IMG/VR virus record: IMGVR_UViG_3300035665_002545
Coordinates: 1 to 56,256 of that record
Reading direction: 5' to 3' (one strand)
Length of the DNA stretch: 56,256 bases
From: a virus
Lineage: Duplodnaviria > Caudoviricetes
The notes under the pieces were generated by a model. That model did no database searches and was not told the DNA's origin. It saw nothing but the letters and a program-made list of their open reading frames with translations. The translations under genes were made by a program, and so were the position numbers. The stretch's first letter is position 1. Every line of letters starts with the position of its first letter. Positions 6,725-16,820 of this stretch are shown piece after piece.

Positions 6725-7669
6725 TCACCATATAAAGTTGTTTTTATACCAATTGCAAATAGCCACTAACTCATTGTCAAAATTAGCTTGAGGCACCCAT
6801 CCTATTGATCTCAATGCAGTATCATCAATTGCATACCTAACATCCTGCCCAGGTCTTGTTTCAGTTAGATCAACATGTAAAAGAGAATCAACATCTCCTA
6901 AAATAAGTTTAATTATCTTTTGAGCAACCACTAAGTTTTTATTCTCGTAGTTTCCTGATACGTTAAAGATTCTATTCTTCTCTGAACTTTCAACAATAGT
7001 TATAACTGCGTTTGCAGTATCACTAACATGAAGCCAAGTTCTTTTGGGCATCCCTCTATCATGTAAAGTTATAGGCCTACCCAAATACAAGTTTTTACAT
7101 GCCCTCGGAATGAACTTTTCAACATACTGCCCAATACCATAGTTGTTGGTGGGCCTAACAATTATATAGGGTATATTATAAGTCCTTGCCCATGCTAAAA
7201 TCAACATGTCTGCCGCAGCTTTAGTTGCACTGTAAGGATTGCTAGGTTTAAGTAGGTCTGATTCTGTATGAAATCCCACTTCAATATCACCGTAAACCTC
7301 ATCTGTGCTAAAGTGTAAAAGGGTGGGTCTACGTGAGATGGGTTTCTGTTTTATAAGTTCAAGAAGGTTATGAACTCCATTGATATTGCTATCAAGGAAA
7401 ACATCAGAGCTAACAATACTGTTGTCTACATGGGTTTCTGCTGCTGTATTGATAATATAGTCACAGTCATATAGATGAGTAATGGTGTTAATGTCAACCT
7501 TTTCGAAAATAAATTTCTCGGACTGTTGTAGCTCAGAGAGAAATGATAAATTGGCGGCGTATGTCTGGCAATCAATTCCACGCACATGCCAACCTTGTCT
7601 AAGGCATGCTAAAGTTACATGGTATCCAATGAACCCAAGGCATCCTGTAACATAAACTATTTTAGACAT
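6725..7669 (-). CDS. rfbB: dTDP-glucose 4,6-dehydratase (RmlB/RfbB-like)
   Basis: TGCLGFIG, AAETHVDNSI, STDEVYG, NPYSATK, RPGQDVRYAID. Confidence 0.88.
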   Translation of the reverse strand: MSKIVYVTGCLGFIGYHVTLACLRQGWHVRGIDCQTYAANLSFLSELQQSEKFIFEKVDINTITHLYDCDYIINTAAETHVDNSIVSSDVFLDSNINGVHNLLELIKQKPISRRPTLLHFSTDEVYGDIEVGFHTESDLLKPSNPYSATKAAADMLILAWARTYNIPYIIVRPTNNYGIGQYVEKFIPRACKNLYLGRPITLHDRGMPKRTWLHVSDTANAVITIVESSEKNRIFNVSGNYENKNLVVAQKIIKLILGDVDSLLHVDLTETRPGQDVRYAIDDTALRSIGWVPQANFDNELVAICNWYKNNFIW

Positions 7670-8454
7670 TTGTATTGTTCCAATTCAATGTGCAAAGGAT
7701 TTAGAGGTAACCCAATAGATGAGAGTCTTTCTGATGACCCAATATAATCTTTGCCTCGAGAAAACGAAAGTGGTCTAGTATGTCCAGTGACTCCACTCAA
7801 AAGTTTGAGCTGTTCTGATATAAGCATTTTTTTTGTGGGAACACAATTTATATCTTTATGTGTAGGATAGTTGATCACGTACTCTCTCATAATAATAATG
7901 AAGTCTTTTACAGAGATGTTGTCGAAGTATTTATCCTCGATAACAAACTCATGTGTGCCTGACATAAACTTAGAGAACAATCTAAAGTCAGGTTCACCTT
8001 CTCCAAAGCAACCGAAAAGTCTAAGAGTATAAAAGTTAGGTTCATGTAGACACAGTCTTGATATGAGATTTTTTGACAACCCGTAAGATGTTTTAGGTAC
8101 ACTATCTAGTATGTCATACTCGTGACAAATTCCCTCTTTTTCAAACTCTGCGCCAGAACCAATGTTAATGTAGCGATCAAAGAGGTGTTTGCATCGTCTA
8201 AAGTTATCAAACACGATTAAGTTTTCAGATACGATATCAATCGTATTATCATTTACCCTTGACTTTCCTCCCGCTGAATAGGCATTGATGATAACATCAG
8301 GATTCACACCCAAAAGGAAGGCGCGCACCTCTTGATGATTTAGTAGGTTTACATCCCCTCGATATACTGGAAAGACCCTGTGTCCGATTTCAAAAAACGT
8401 CTTTAGCGCAGATCCTATGAATCCTCCAGCACCTATGATAACTATCTTCTTCAT
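7657..8454 (-). CDS. NAD-dependent sugar epimerase/reductase (extended SDR)
   Basis: GAGGFIG, GSGAEF, YGLSK; translationally coupled to the TPP enzyme. Confidence 0.8.
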   Translation of the reverse strand: MKKIVIIGAGGFIGSALKTFFEIGHRVFPVYRGDVNLLNHQEVRAFLLGVNPDVIINAYSAGGKSRVNDNTIDIVSENLIVFDNFRRCKHLFDRYINIGSGAEFEKEGICHEYDILDSVPKTSYGLSKNLISRLCLHEPNFYTLRLFGCFGEGEPDFRLFSKFMSGTHEFVIEDKYFDNISVKDFIIIMREYVINYPTHKDINCVPTKKMLISEQLKLLSGVTGHTRPLSFSRGKDYIGSSERLSSIGLPLNPLHIELEQYKCLK

Positions 8455-10187
8455 ACTTCATCTTCAATAAAAGGAAACATTGTTTCTAGTGATCCACTAA
8501 CAATTTTGCCTGAAGGATCGCGCTTACTTTGAACTCGAGGAATGAGGAGTTGGTTTCTTACCATATTAACTTCAATCAAAACAGGTCCGTCGATATCCAG
8601 CAAGTGGTGTAGTTTTTCTTTAACCTGGGTCATATCACTTAAATGATATGCGGGAATACCATAAGCATTTGCCAGAGCAATAAAGTTAGGGTTGCTAACA
8701 CCCGAATCAGAATCAGCTCCAAATCGATTCTTATTAAAAAGATTGTCTTGCATTAGTGATATAGCCAACATACCATCATTATTCAACAGAATAATTTTGA
8801 TAGGAAGGTTATGGTGTGCTATAGTTTGAAGTTCCTGGATATTCATCTGTATACCACCATCACCTACGATGCAAATGGTACGATGCGATCTTTTACCTAT
8901 CTGAGCTCCTATGGATCCTGGCAACCCGAATCCCATTGAACATAATGCACTGCTTGTAAAAAGTCTATTAGATCCGTTACTTCGAAGAGACTGCATGGTA
9001 CATGTAAAACTTGTTCCCATATCAGTAACCAGTATATCATTTTGATGTAAACATTGTCCTAGTTCTTGCATAAGGTCAAAGCTATTTACATGATCCTTGT
9101 CCCGGGTGTGAGGTTCATTATAAACACTATACTTCATCTTCCAGCTGTATAGCTTATCACACCAATCATTACAATCGACTTTGCCAAACTCAAGTTGGGG
9201 GATGACTTCTTTCAAATCTCCGCTTATCTTATGGTCGATTGATACGGTTGATTTTTCCATCTCGCTATCATCTATATCAACCATTATCTTAACTGAGTTG
9301 GGAGAAAAGTTTTTAGTGTTGTAACCAATACAAGGAATACTCAATCTAGTCCCTAGAATGATAAGAAGATCAGATTGCTGTACAGCAAAGTTTGCTGCTC
9401 GTTCACCCAAAAGCCCAAAGTTACCTATGTAAAGGCTATCGTAGTAATTGAATAGGTCGGTTGCATTCCATGTACAAATTACAGGAATGGAGAGATTGAT
9501 TACTAAATTGTGAAATTCTCTTTCTGCATTTGCCAGATGAATTCCATTTCCCGCAACAATCAAAGGTCGCTTTGCGTTCTTGATTATGTCTCGCAAACTT
9601 GAATCAATATTCGTCTTGGTGGGGTTGGTAGGCTCTTTGAACACGAAACTATCAAGATTAACCATCTCTGCTTGCAGATCAATAGGAACATCTAACCAAA
9701 CAGGACCCATTCTTTTTTCAGTTGCTCTTTTCCAAGCGTAGTCTAAAGTATCGCGTAAGGCGAAAGGATCTGACAATTGTTCAGCGTAGTTAGTGCAATG
9801 TGACACCATTGAGATTATATCACATTCTTGAACACCAACTTGTCGTAAAAGCACGGGTTGAAATCCAAGGGTTTGATTTCTTGGAACTTGTCCGCTTATG
9901 ACAATCATAGGTATACTGTCTTGCCAAGCACCCAAAACACCCGTTAGTGTGTTTGTTGAACCGGGACCATTTGTAACCATGACCAAAGCAGGTTTTTTGG
10001 CAACCCTTGCATATCCTTCAGCTGCCATAGCACATGCTTGTTCATTATAGTTATGGTATACCTTAATATTACTTGTCCTCAAACTCTCCATAAGGTGTGC
10101 TGCAGCGCCACCTGCAATACAAAAACAAGTATCTATGCCCCTTGCTTCTAGATACTTGATGATATAGTCACTTACCTTTATCTGCAT
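8451..10187 (-). CDS. thiamine-pyrophosphate-dependent enzyme, acetolactate synthase/YerE-like
   Basis: NEQACAMAAEGYAR, TNGPGSTN, SMGFGLP, GDGG...NN TPP motif; lies within a sugar cluster. Confidence 0.88.
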   Translation of the reverse strand: MQIKVSDYIIKYLEARGIDTCFCIAGGAAAHLMESLRTSNIKVYHNYNEQACAMAAEGYARVAKKPALVMVTNGPGSTNTLTGVLGAWQDSIPMIVISGQVPRNQTLGFQPVLLRQVGVQECDIISMVSHCTNYAEQLSDPFALRDTLDYAWKRATEKRMGPVWLDVPIDLQAEMVNLDSFVFKEPTNPTKTNIDSSLRDIIKNAKRPLIVAGNGIHLANAEREFHNLVINLSIPVICTWNATDLFNYYDSLYIGNFGLLGERAANFAVQQSDLLIILGTRLSIPCIGYNTKNFSPNSVKIMVDIDDSEMEKSTVSIDHKISGDLKEVIPQLEFGKVDCNDWCDKLYSWKMKYSVYNEPHTRDKDHVNSFDLMQELGQCLHQNDILVTDMGTSFTCTMQSLRSNGSNRLFTSSALCSMGFGLPGSIGAQIGKRSHRTICIVGDGGIQMNIQELQTIAHHNLPIKIILLNNDGMLAISLMQDNLFNKNRFGADSDSGVSNPNFIALANAYGIPAYHLSDMTQVKEKLHHLLDIDGPVLIEVNMVRNQLLIPRVQSKRDPSGKIVSGSLETMFPFIEDEV

Positions 10188-10572
10188 AGTTGTCTTTTAG
10201 ATATTGTAAAGTTTGATTCCAAGTTTCGAATCGGTATCCGTTATCATCAATATAAAGAAAACTTCTAGGTTTCTCGCTAGTAACTTCAATAACACAATCT
10301 GCTATACCATACTTTTTCAACCATTCCCATACAAGTTCTTTACCTGTCTTTCCATTCACTAAAGGCCTATCAGGTTTTGCTTTTGCCGTGAAGATTACGA
10401 TACTATACTTTTTGCTTAACTCTCTTACCGCCGAGAGACTACCTTCAATGGGAAGCCCATAACAAGTCCCATCGTTAAACCCTAAGTTGTCGTTATGTAT
10501 GACACCATCAAAATCAATACTTAGATTGTTAAGCTGTGCTTCAAACCCAGGAGGAAAACTGTTACTTTTCAT
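10168..10572 (-). CDS. small HAD-superfamily phosphatase-like protein
   Basis: IDFDGVI, FTA, KP, YIDD. Confidence 0.65.
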   Translation of the reverse strand: MKSNSFPPGFEAQLNNLSIDFDGVIHNDNLGFNDGTCYGLPIEGSLSAVRELSKKYSIVIFTAKAKPDRPLVNGKTGKELVWEWLKKYGIADCVIEVTSEKPRSFLYIDDNGYRFETWNQTLQYLKDNYADKGK

Positions 10573-11219
10573 TTAATCACCAGTATAGTTGTGAAAGGAG
10601 AAACGCCGTCCATTTGTTGCATAACCTTCTTCACTACATGCATGTATCCCACATCCCCTGCTTGAATAGCTTCATGTATCCTGCCGTTGATAGACTTTAT
10701 AACTCCCCCATTTAGAAACATAATAATATCATTGTCATGATGCTTTGAAAGATCGAAATCTTCAATAAACCCAGACAACAATGAGCAAGTACCTAATTGG
10801 TATTCATTAATAACACCTTTAACTGTTTCTATCTGCAAAGTTGTATAATCTTCCTGAGCAGAATGATTTTCATATCCCCTGTTTGTTCTTCCGTAGTTAT
10901 CAGACAATCTGACAAGATCATCTTGATCTATCGGAGTTTCAACCTCCAACATGATAACACCCTCTTCGCCAACTGCAATGGTTTGGTGAAAAAGACCACG
11001 CCTAATCATTTTCTTCGAAGGTGCAGTCAACACACTTTGGTCAGCAATGAAGTTTATAATTGCTTGACCTTGTACAAGAACAAGGCCTGTGGTTTTATTA
11101 GGATGACAATGCAAACTGGTTCTTTCATTTGCATCAATATGTAAAACCTTTACGGCTACCTTTTGAGTTTGAAACGCAATATACTCATACCCCCAAGGTT
11201 TGTTTACAATCTTAGGCAT
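10569..11219 (-). CDS. cupin protein (mannose-6-phosphate isomerase type II-like N-terminus)
   Basis: VNKPWGYE, TSLHCH, EVETP..DDLVRLSDNYGR. Confidence 0.65.
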   Translation of the reverse strand: MPKIVNKPWGYEYIAFQTQKVAVKVLHIDANERTSLHCHPNKTTGLVLVQGQAIINFIADQSVLTAPSKKMIRRGLFHQTIAVGEEGVIMLEVETPIDQDDLVRLSDNYGRTNRGYENHSAQEDYTTLQIETVKGVINEYQLGTCSLLSGFIEDFDLSKHHDNDIIMFLNGGVIKSINGRIHEAIQAGDVGYMHVVKKVMQQMDGVSPFTTILVIK

Positions 11220-11760
11220 ATTTTTTGTAATACTCTTGCAATGTGGTTTCCATCCAAACTCCCATATGATCGTAGTGGGGGCTAGAGATAACATTCGCGT
11301 CTACAACTACCGGGCCTCTCGTGTAAGTAGCCCCTGCATTTGTGATATCATCTTCAATGCTGTAGTAACCAGAAATTTTCTTCCCTTTAACTACACGGGC
11401 ACTAATTAGCAACTGAGCCCCGTGACAAGTGCTTGAAATGATTTTATTTTGTGCATTCCAACTTGAAATGAAAGCAATAACCTTTGGAATAAGTCTTAAC
11501 TTTTCAAGTGACTTGACGCCCCCCGGAATAACCAATAGATCATAAGCATCAAGGTGGTGATCAAAATTTTTGCAGAAATCATCAATCAACATAGTACAAG
11601 GCATATTGACGCCAAGGATACCGTATATGCGACCATTGCTATCTCTTTTATCAGCAACTACATCAACACTAAACTCATCTCCTAACAGTCGATAGTAGGG
11701 GTAAACTAGTTCGTGATCTTGGAACCCGCTATGGGTAATTATAAGGGCTTTCTTTTTCAT
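11212..11760 (-). CDS. DJ-1/PfpI family protein
   Basis: GFQDHELVYPYYRL, LVIPGG, TCHG nucleophile elbow. Confidence 0.85.
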   Translation of the reverse strand: MKKKALIITHSGFQDHELVYPYYRLLGDEFSVDVVADKRDSNGRIYGILGVNMPCTMLIDDFCKNFDHHLDAYDLLVIPGGVKSLEKLRLIPKVIAFISSWNAQNKIISSTCHGAQLLISARVVKGKKISGYYSIEDDITNAGATYTRGPVVVDANVISSPHYDHMGVWMETTLQEYYKKYA

Positions 11761-11768
11761 AATCATCC

Positions 11769-13085
11769 TTAAAAAATGCTTAGAAATGTGTCAACCTTTT
11801 CTCCGATGTATGCAATCTGTTGCTCGGAGATGACAGGACTAGTTCCATGAAAGAAGGTATCTTTCATAACCTTTGTTGCAACAGGAAAGTTGTTTCTTGC
11901 ATCTTCAGGCCTCATTAGATGGGTATATGCAGGTTGCAGCATTAGATTGCCTGCAAAGTAAGGCCTTGTTTGAATCAAATTATCCTCGAGGTGTGATACA
12001 ATGTCAATACGCTTAAAGGGTGCATTATCCTTTATGGTCAGCGGGAAAGCAAACCAAGACGGGTCAGATTTGTCTCGAGGCCTCGGCAGGTGGAAGAATT
12101 CTTCATACTTCGAGTAGATATCAAACAGAAGTTTGTAATTCCTTCGTCTAAGAGCATGAATAGTGTCTAGCTTTTCAAGTTGAACGAGTCCCATCGCTCC
12201 CTGCATTTCAATCGGTTTGAGGTTATACCCGATTTCATCATAAACATACTTATGATCAAAAATTTCTCCTGGCATACAAGGCACCCATTCAGAAAACCTT
12301 TTGCCGCAGGTACCACATTGCAGTTTGTTTGCTTCTGGGCCCACACAATAGCACCCACGACCCCATTCTCGAAAGGATCGAAGAATAACTTCCTGGTCAT
12401 ATGTTCGAGATGCAACAAATCCCCCTTCTCCCATTGTCATATGATGAGCAGGATAGAAGCTACAAGACGCCATTTCGCCAAAACTACCTAGTGGTTTGCT
12501 ATCGTATGTAGACCCCAAAGCATCACAGCAATCTTCTAGTAGAACAAGATTATACTTCCTTACCAAAGACATGATATCGTCCATGTTGGGGGGATTGCCT
12601 AACACATGAGCGAATGTTAATACTTTGATATCGTGCTTCTTGATTAGATCCTCTGCCTTGGTGATATCAATGTTTAGGGTTTCAATCTCGATATCTACAA
12701 AGATAGGATTAAATCCCACTTGTAGAATAGGATTTAATGTAGTTGGGAATCCTGCAATAGGGACTAGGACATTTGTTCCTTTCGGAAAATTATAACCTCG
12801 TTTTGACGCAAGTGATGCCATCATCAAAAGATTAGAACTAGAGCCCGAGTTCGTAAGAATGCCATGTTCCTTTCCAAACTGTTTTGGAAATAGCTTTTCA
12901 AATTTGAGGCATTTATCCCCCATCACTAACCATCCGCTAAGCAGAGTGTCCATGACGGACATGTATTCATTCTCATCTACGAAAGGGCCTGCGTAGTTTA
13001 CAAAGTCCTTTCCTGCGACCCATGTCTTATTAGATTGTTTTTCTTTAAAGTACTGCCCAACCAGATCAATAATCTGTTGTTTCAT
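11769..13085 (-). CDS. rfbH: NDP-4-keto-6-deoxyglucose 3-dehydrase (RfbH/DdhC/E1-like)
   Basis: NSGSSSNLL, EDCCDALG, SFYPAHHMTMGEGG (His in place of the PLP Lys), WGRGCYC...TCGKRF, DHKY. Confidence 0.88.
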   Translation of the reverse strand: MKQQIIDLVGQYFKEKQSNKTWVAGKDFVNYAGPFVDENEYMSVMDTLLSGWLVMGDKCLKFEKLFPKQFGKEHGILTNSGSSSNLLMMASLASKRGYNFPKGTNVLVPIAGFPTTLNPILQVGFNPIFVDIEIETLNIDITKAEDLIKKHDIKVLTFAHVLGNPPNMDDIMSLVRKYNLVLLEDCCDALGSTYDSKPLGSFGEMASCSFYPAHHMTMGEGGFVASRTYDQEVILRSFREWGRGCYCVGPEANKLQCGTCGKRFSEWVPCMPGEIFDHKYVYDEIGYNLKPIEMQGAMGLVQLEKLDTIHALRRRNYKLLFDIYSKYEEFFHLPRPRDKSDPSWFAFPLTIKDNAPFKRIDIVSHLEDNLIQTRPYFAGNLMLQPAYTHLMRPEDARNNFPVATKVMKDTFFHGTSPVISEQQIAYIGEKVDTFLSIF

Positions 13086-13086
13086 T

Positions 13087-14013
13087 TCATCCCCAATATG
13101 CAAAATTGCTTTCAATTCCCTGTAATTTATTTTGGGGTTCATCTATTTTGAGGGGGTATATCCAATGTTCATTGAACATCTTGTGCCAGTCAGAATATGC
13201 AGGCACCTTTGCCCATCGACCACCCTTCAACCCAAAGTATAATTGTATCACACCTCCAGTTTGAATGCCAATCTTACCCATTGACTTTGCCTTTTGAACG
13301 AAAATGGGAGAAGAGGTTGTACTTCCCGAAAGCAATACGTCAAAGTCATATGATTCGATGAGTTTGCAAATATAGTTAACAGAATCTTCCCAAGTTTCAC
13401 AATTAGGATACTGGCGACTATCAACCTCAGGATGGTAGGGGGCGCGTATCACATCCACTAAATCAAATGGTACAATCAATTCTAATCTATCTCCCCAAAC
13501 TTTATGTCTATGTTCCCATTGATGTTTAATGCTTTCTGCATGAGTTGAGATTACCAAAACTCTTTTGTTTTTTAGATGCCTTGTCCAGGGATCAATGTAC
13601 TCGCTATGCTCTAAATTTTCTAAATAAAGTTTTGAATATCCTAAAATTGCTCCTGGATCAAAAACCATAAACCCATCTTTGAAAAAGGTTACTTTATCCT
13701 TGAGGTATTGTAGAAGAGGTGAGTCTTTTTTAATGTCTCCTGAGATATCTACAAACCCAACACAATCTGAGTTTATCATAGATTCAAAGGTTTTTTTGTA
13801 TGCAACATTGATAGCATACTCAGGTGTGTTTGGAAATATGCCTCCCTCCAAGATAGTTCTCGGATTAAAAAATTCACCAACTATTGACCTTTTCCTGAGA
13901 ACACTATCAATGATATATCCTGCAGTGTTATCTATTCTTAAGATAGATGTAGGTTGACCTTTCTGTAAAACCTGTGAAAGGTAGTCATTCAGCTCATAAA
14001 AGTTTTTATGCAT
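13087..14013 (-). CDS. hypothetical glycan-related protein
   Basis: Long ORF coupled to its neighbours; KRVLVIS...GKIGIQTGG..QLYFG..GGRW motif; function not assignable. Confidence 0.5.
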   Translation of the reverse strand: MHKNFYELNDYLSQVLQKGQPTSILRIDNTAGYIIDSVLRKRSIVGEFFNPRTILEGGIFPNTPEYAINVAYKKTFESMINSDCVGFVDISGDIKKDSPLLQYLKDKVTFFKDGFMVFDPGAILGYSKLYLENLEHSEYIDPWTRHLKNKRVLVISTHAESIKHQWEHRHKVWGDRLELIVPFDLVDVIRAPYHPEVDSRQYPNCETWEDSVNYICKLIESYDFDVLLSGSTTSSPIFVQKAKSMGKIGIQTGGVIQLYFGLKGGRWAKVPAYSDWHKMFNEHWIYPLKIDEPQNKLQGIESNFAYWG

Positions 14014-14716
14014 TTTGTAATAGTTGTAAAATTTGTTGACGATCACCTTTGATCCAATTGAACAACACCTTTAGTTCATTGGGAAGAACACTGAAAAGCT
14101 GATGCATCTCAACTTCAGCTTGGTTCTTATTATAGTTGGTTCCTGGAGGATGATCAATGGTGTGGTGGTAATCTCTGATAACTAATCTTCGCATCAGAAA
14201 ACTTATTCCTGGAAGGATGATATCCCACCCCCATCCCATCTTATAAGGAGACATGTCAATCTTTAGTTGCTTAAAAACATCAATGATATCTTTATGTATA
14301 AACCAGCAAGTGCAATCAGGACACGCTACAACCTTCATTGTCTTGTCTCTGAGCTGAACCCCTTCAATGTCTGTTCGTTCTCTTGTGTACCAAGTGTAGT
14401 CAACATTGGGAGCATAGATTCCCCACTTATAGGTCTCAAAGGAGTCCTTTGCATCTTTGATCAGGTGATTCCAATCATTGTATGATGCATCTCCTTGAAT
14501 GTGAAACATTACATCACCATCGAACAACTCGAGTGCTTTCATAAACTGATCGGTGAAGTAAGCTGACTCACCTATGTTAACCCAATGAACTTGATTGTGT
14601 TCTTCATCCGAGTTGATGACTATAACACGATAACCAAGCGATGAAAGAGCCTTCTCTTTCTCAATTGTCTTATCGAACTGATTACGCCAGTTAAATATGA
14701 ATACTTGAATGTCCAT
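14006..14716 (-). CDS. putative glycosyltransferase (GT-A-like)
   Basis: Start at MDIQVFIFNW; HIQGDA, GIYAP, DCTCWF, GWGWD; island context. Confidence 0.5.
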   Translation of the reverse strand: MDIQVFIFNWRNQFDKTIEKEKALSSLGYRVIVINSDEEHNQVHWVNIGESAYFTDQFMKALELFDGDVMFHIQGDASYNDWNHLIKDAKDSFETYKWGIYAPNVDYTWYTRERTDIEGVQLRDKTMKVVACPDCTCWFIHKDIIDVFKQLKIDMSPYKMGWGWDIILPGISFLMRRLVIRDYHHTIDHPPGTNYNKNQAEVEMHQLFSVLPNELKVLFNWIKGDRQQILQLLQNA

Positions 14717-15587
14717 CACGCTTCCCAATTCTACGGTTAATGACAGCATCAAACCAGTTCATCATATTGTCAATAGCAAGGTATGATGGTGGAATATTAA
14801 ACTTGAACTTAGATTGCTTCACCACAAAGTTGTAGAGGTCATCATTTACGTCTACTGTTTTAATTACCTCAATTGCTTCATCGAATGACTTGAACCGATT
14901 CACATCTATCATTGCTTGCTCATTGAAGTCAATGCTAACAGTAGGACTACCCCAGTAGATGGGAATAGTTCCTGCATAGAACGCATGAAGAATCTTCTCT
15001 GTTACATATCCTGGATGAGACATGCTCTCGAAGCAGATGTTGAACTTTCTAGAGGACAGGAACTCAATCTTTGCTGCTTCCCCCTGCAAAAGACCTCCTA
15101 TGTTGTTCAGATGCCTGCCGCCACTATCAACTCTTTTGTATTGTGATAGGAGTTCATAGAATTTGTTTCGCGGGGCACTGTTGGGGTTGCTAACAACAAA
15201 TGAACAGAACTCTGCCTTGGGTTTAATCACAGGATCAAAGATGTAGTTAAAATGGTATGAAGTCTTGTGAATGTGCTCTAGTGCCCACATATAGATCACA
15301 AACAGCGGCAAGCGATAGTGCCAGGAGTTGAAGTTGTGGTCAAATGAGATTGCATAGTCACAATCGTAATCTTCAGGGCGCTGATTCTCTCCTGTATAGA
15401 AAATCTTGGTCACATCTTTTCGTGAATAGTTTAGATTGTTCTGCCCAAAGTTCCTATCTGCGAAGATTAGGAAGTTGGGATTCTTGTTGTCGACCTCTAA
15501 CTCATATCGCTGTGCTAGATGTGAAGCAAAGAAGCTAGCAACATGGTTGTCGATATCCGTAAAGGCAATTTTAAGTTTTGATTTCAT
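14691..15587 (-). CDS. alpha-1,3/4-fucosyltransferase (GT10)
   Basis: FYTGEN, FCSFVVSN, KFNICFES...GYVTEKILHAF..GTIPIYWG signature. Confidence 0.88.
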   Translation of the reverse strand: MKSKLKIAFTDIDNHVASFFASHLAQRYELEVDNKNPNFLIFADRNFGQNNLNYSRKDVTKIFYTGENQRPEDYDCDYAISFDHNFNSWHYRLPLFVIYMWALEHIHKTSYHFNYIFDPVIKPKAEFCSFVVSNPNSAPRNKFYELLSQYKRVDSGGRHLNNIGGLLQGEAAKIEFLSSRKFNICFESMSHPGYVTEKILHAFYAGTIPIYWGSPTVSIDFNEQAMIDVNRFKSFDEAIEVIKTVDVNDDLYNFVVKQSKFKFNIPPSYLAIDNMMNWFDAVINRRIGKRDGHSSIHI

Positions 15588-16476
15588 TAATAACCCAATC
15601 AATTGTTTCGACAATGCTAGAATGGCTATGATGAATAACATGGCGATATCTCGCCTTCACATCTACACCATTGCTCATCGTTTCTTTGGGACCTTTACAG
15701 AAAGATACGATTACCTTCGATTCATCCTTGAGATTATCGTAAGTTTCACAAAACACAAAAGGACCTGAGTTCTTTCCTATAATTGCGTCACATTTTGTGC
15801 TCAAGTAAGAAATCTCATTGAGGTCACAGATGTTCAAAGGTTTGTCAAACCAATAAGGTTTATTCCCTGTGAAAAACTCTTGTCTATCATCTATGATATC
15901 ATCAGTGAACAAAACATTCAATAGCTGAGTGGGAAACTTTTGCGTACAGATAAAGTCAATATCAGGGTGCTTCCCGGCAAAGGTATTAATGATATCACCC
16001 ATGTCTGAGTCGAATGATTGATTCGACATTGGTTTCCCATTACAAAAAAGTATACGTTTTCTACTAGTGATAAGATACTTGTCAATGTTTGATGTATTGA
16101 AGAATGAATAGTCAATTCGTGGGAGATATGACTCAGGATCATCTCGCAACTTCAATCCAAACTTATCAAATATCCTTCCCCAACTTTCATACAAGGAGTG
16201 CATGTTGACCCCTTGATATTTTTCAAATATATCTCCCCATACACCTATCCAAGTGTTTACACCCACGTTCTCACCCTCTCCAATAAAAGGCACATTCCTA
16301 TCTAGGTTGTGGGGGGTATTGACTAATGGAATTTGAAGGTCAAGGTTCACTTTAGGATGATTAAAATGCCAATACTCAAAATTATCATTGGGCATCAACT
16401 GTTTCATGTGCCGAGCAAATTCCTTATGTGTGAATAAATCGCCACGATGAAAATGATTGAACAGAACGATTCTCAT
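15571..16476 (-). CDS. putative GT-B/GT9-like glycosyltransferase (paralog of 54432-55379)
   Basis: N-terminal H-x-G-D; NEISYLSTKCDAIIGKNSGP resembles the GT9 G-x-DSGP motif. Confidence 0.5.
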   Translation of the reverse strand: MRIVLFNHFHRGDLFTHKEFARHMKQLMPNDNFEYWHFNHPKVNLDLQIPLVNTPHNLDRNVPFIGEGENVGVNTWIGVWGDIFEKYQGVNMHSLYESWGRIFDKFGLKLRDDPESYLPRIDYSFFNTSNIDKYLITSRKRILFCNGKPMSNQSFDSDMGDIINTFAGKHPDIDFICTQKFPTQLLNVLFTDDIIDDRQEFFTGNKPYWFDKPLNICDLNEISYLSTKCDAIIGKNSGPFVFCETYDNLKDESKVIVSFCKGPKETMSNGVDVKARYRHVIHHSHSSIVETIDWVINEIKT

Positions 16477-16820
16477 TCTACGCCTTTGTACAACTTTACA
16501 GAATCTTCTGCTAGCGACTTACTATGAATAATTGCGTCATCAACCATGCGGTTTATTGCTTGGACAAACTTCGGTCTTTTCTGCTTGAAGCAGATATCAA
16601 CCTTTCGCTTAATCTCTGCGAGTTCATCTGCCGTAGCAGCCATCTGTGCTGCATCTTCAAGCATCCATGTACGAATGTGAAGAATTACTAGCTTCTCTAT
16701 CACCTCACCTAGATTATCAGTAGGAATGTACTCTTCGATATCGGGCATCGCACCTTGTGAGAGAACTTCGTCTACCTTCACCTTTATAATTTGTTCAATC
16801 GTTAGCGCTAAATTGTTCAT
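16473..16820 (-). CDS. hypothetical helical protein (DUF4254-like)
   Basis: DNLGEVIEKLVILHIRTWMLED...KR..FVQAIN; a family often found next to sugar genes. Confidence 0.45.
   Translation of the reverse strand: MNNLALTIEQIIKVKVDEVLSQGAMPDIEEYIPTDNLGEVIEKLVILHIRTWMLEDAAQMAATADELAEIKRKVDICFKQKRPKFVQAINRMVDDAIIHSKSLAEDSVKLYKGVE

Noticed and set aside
8451-10187. Branched-chain amino acid biosynthesis AMG (ilvB)
   Set aside because: No ilvH, ilvC or ilvD nearby; the rfbH/SDR/dehydratase context favours a sugar-branching enzyme.
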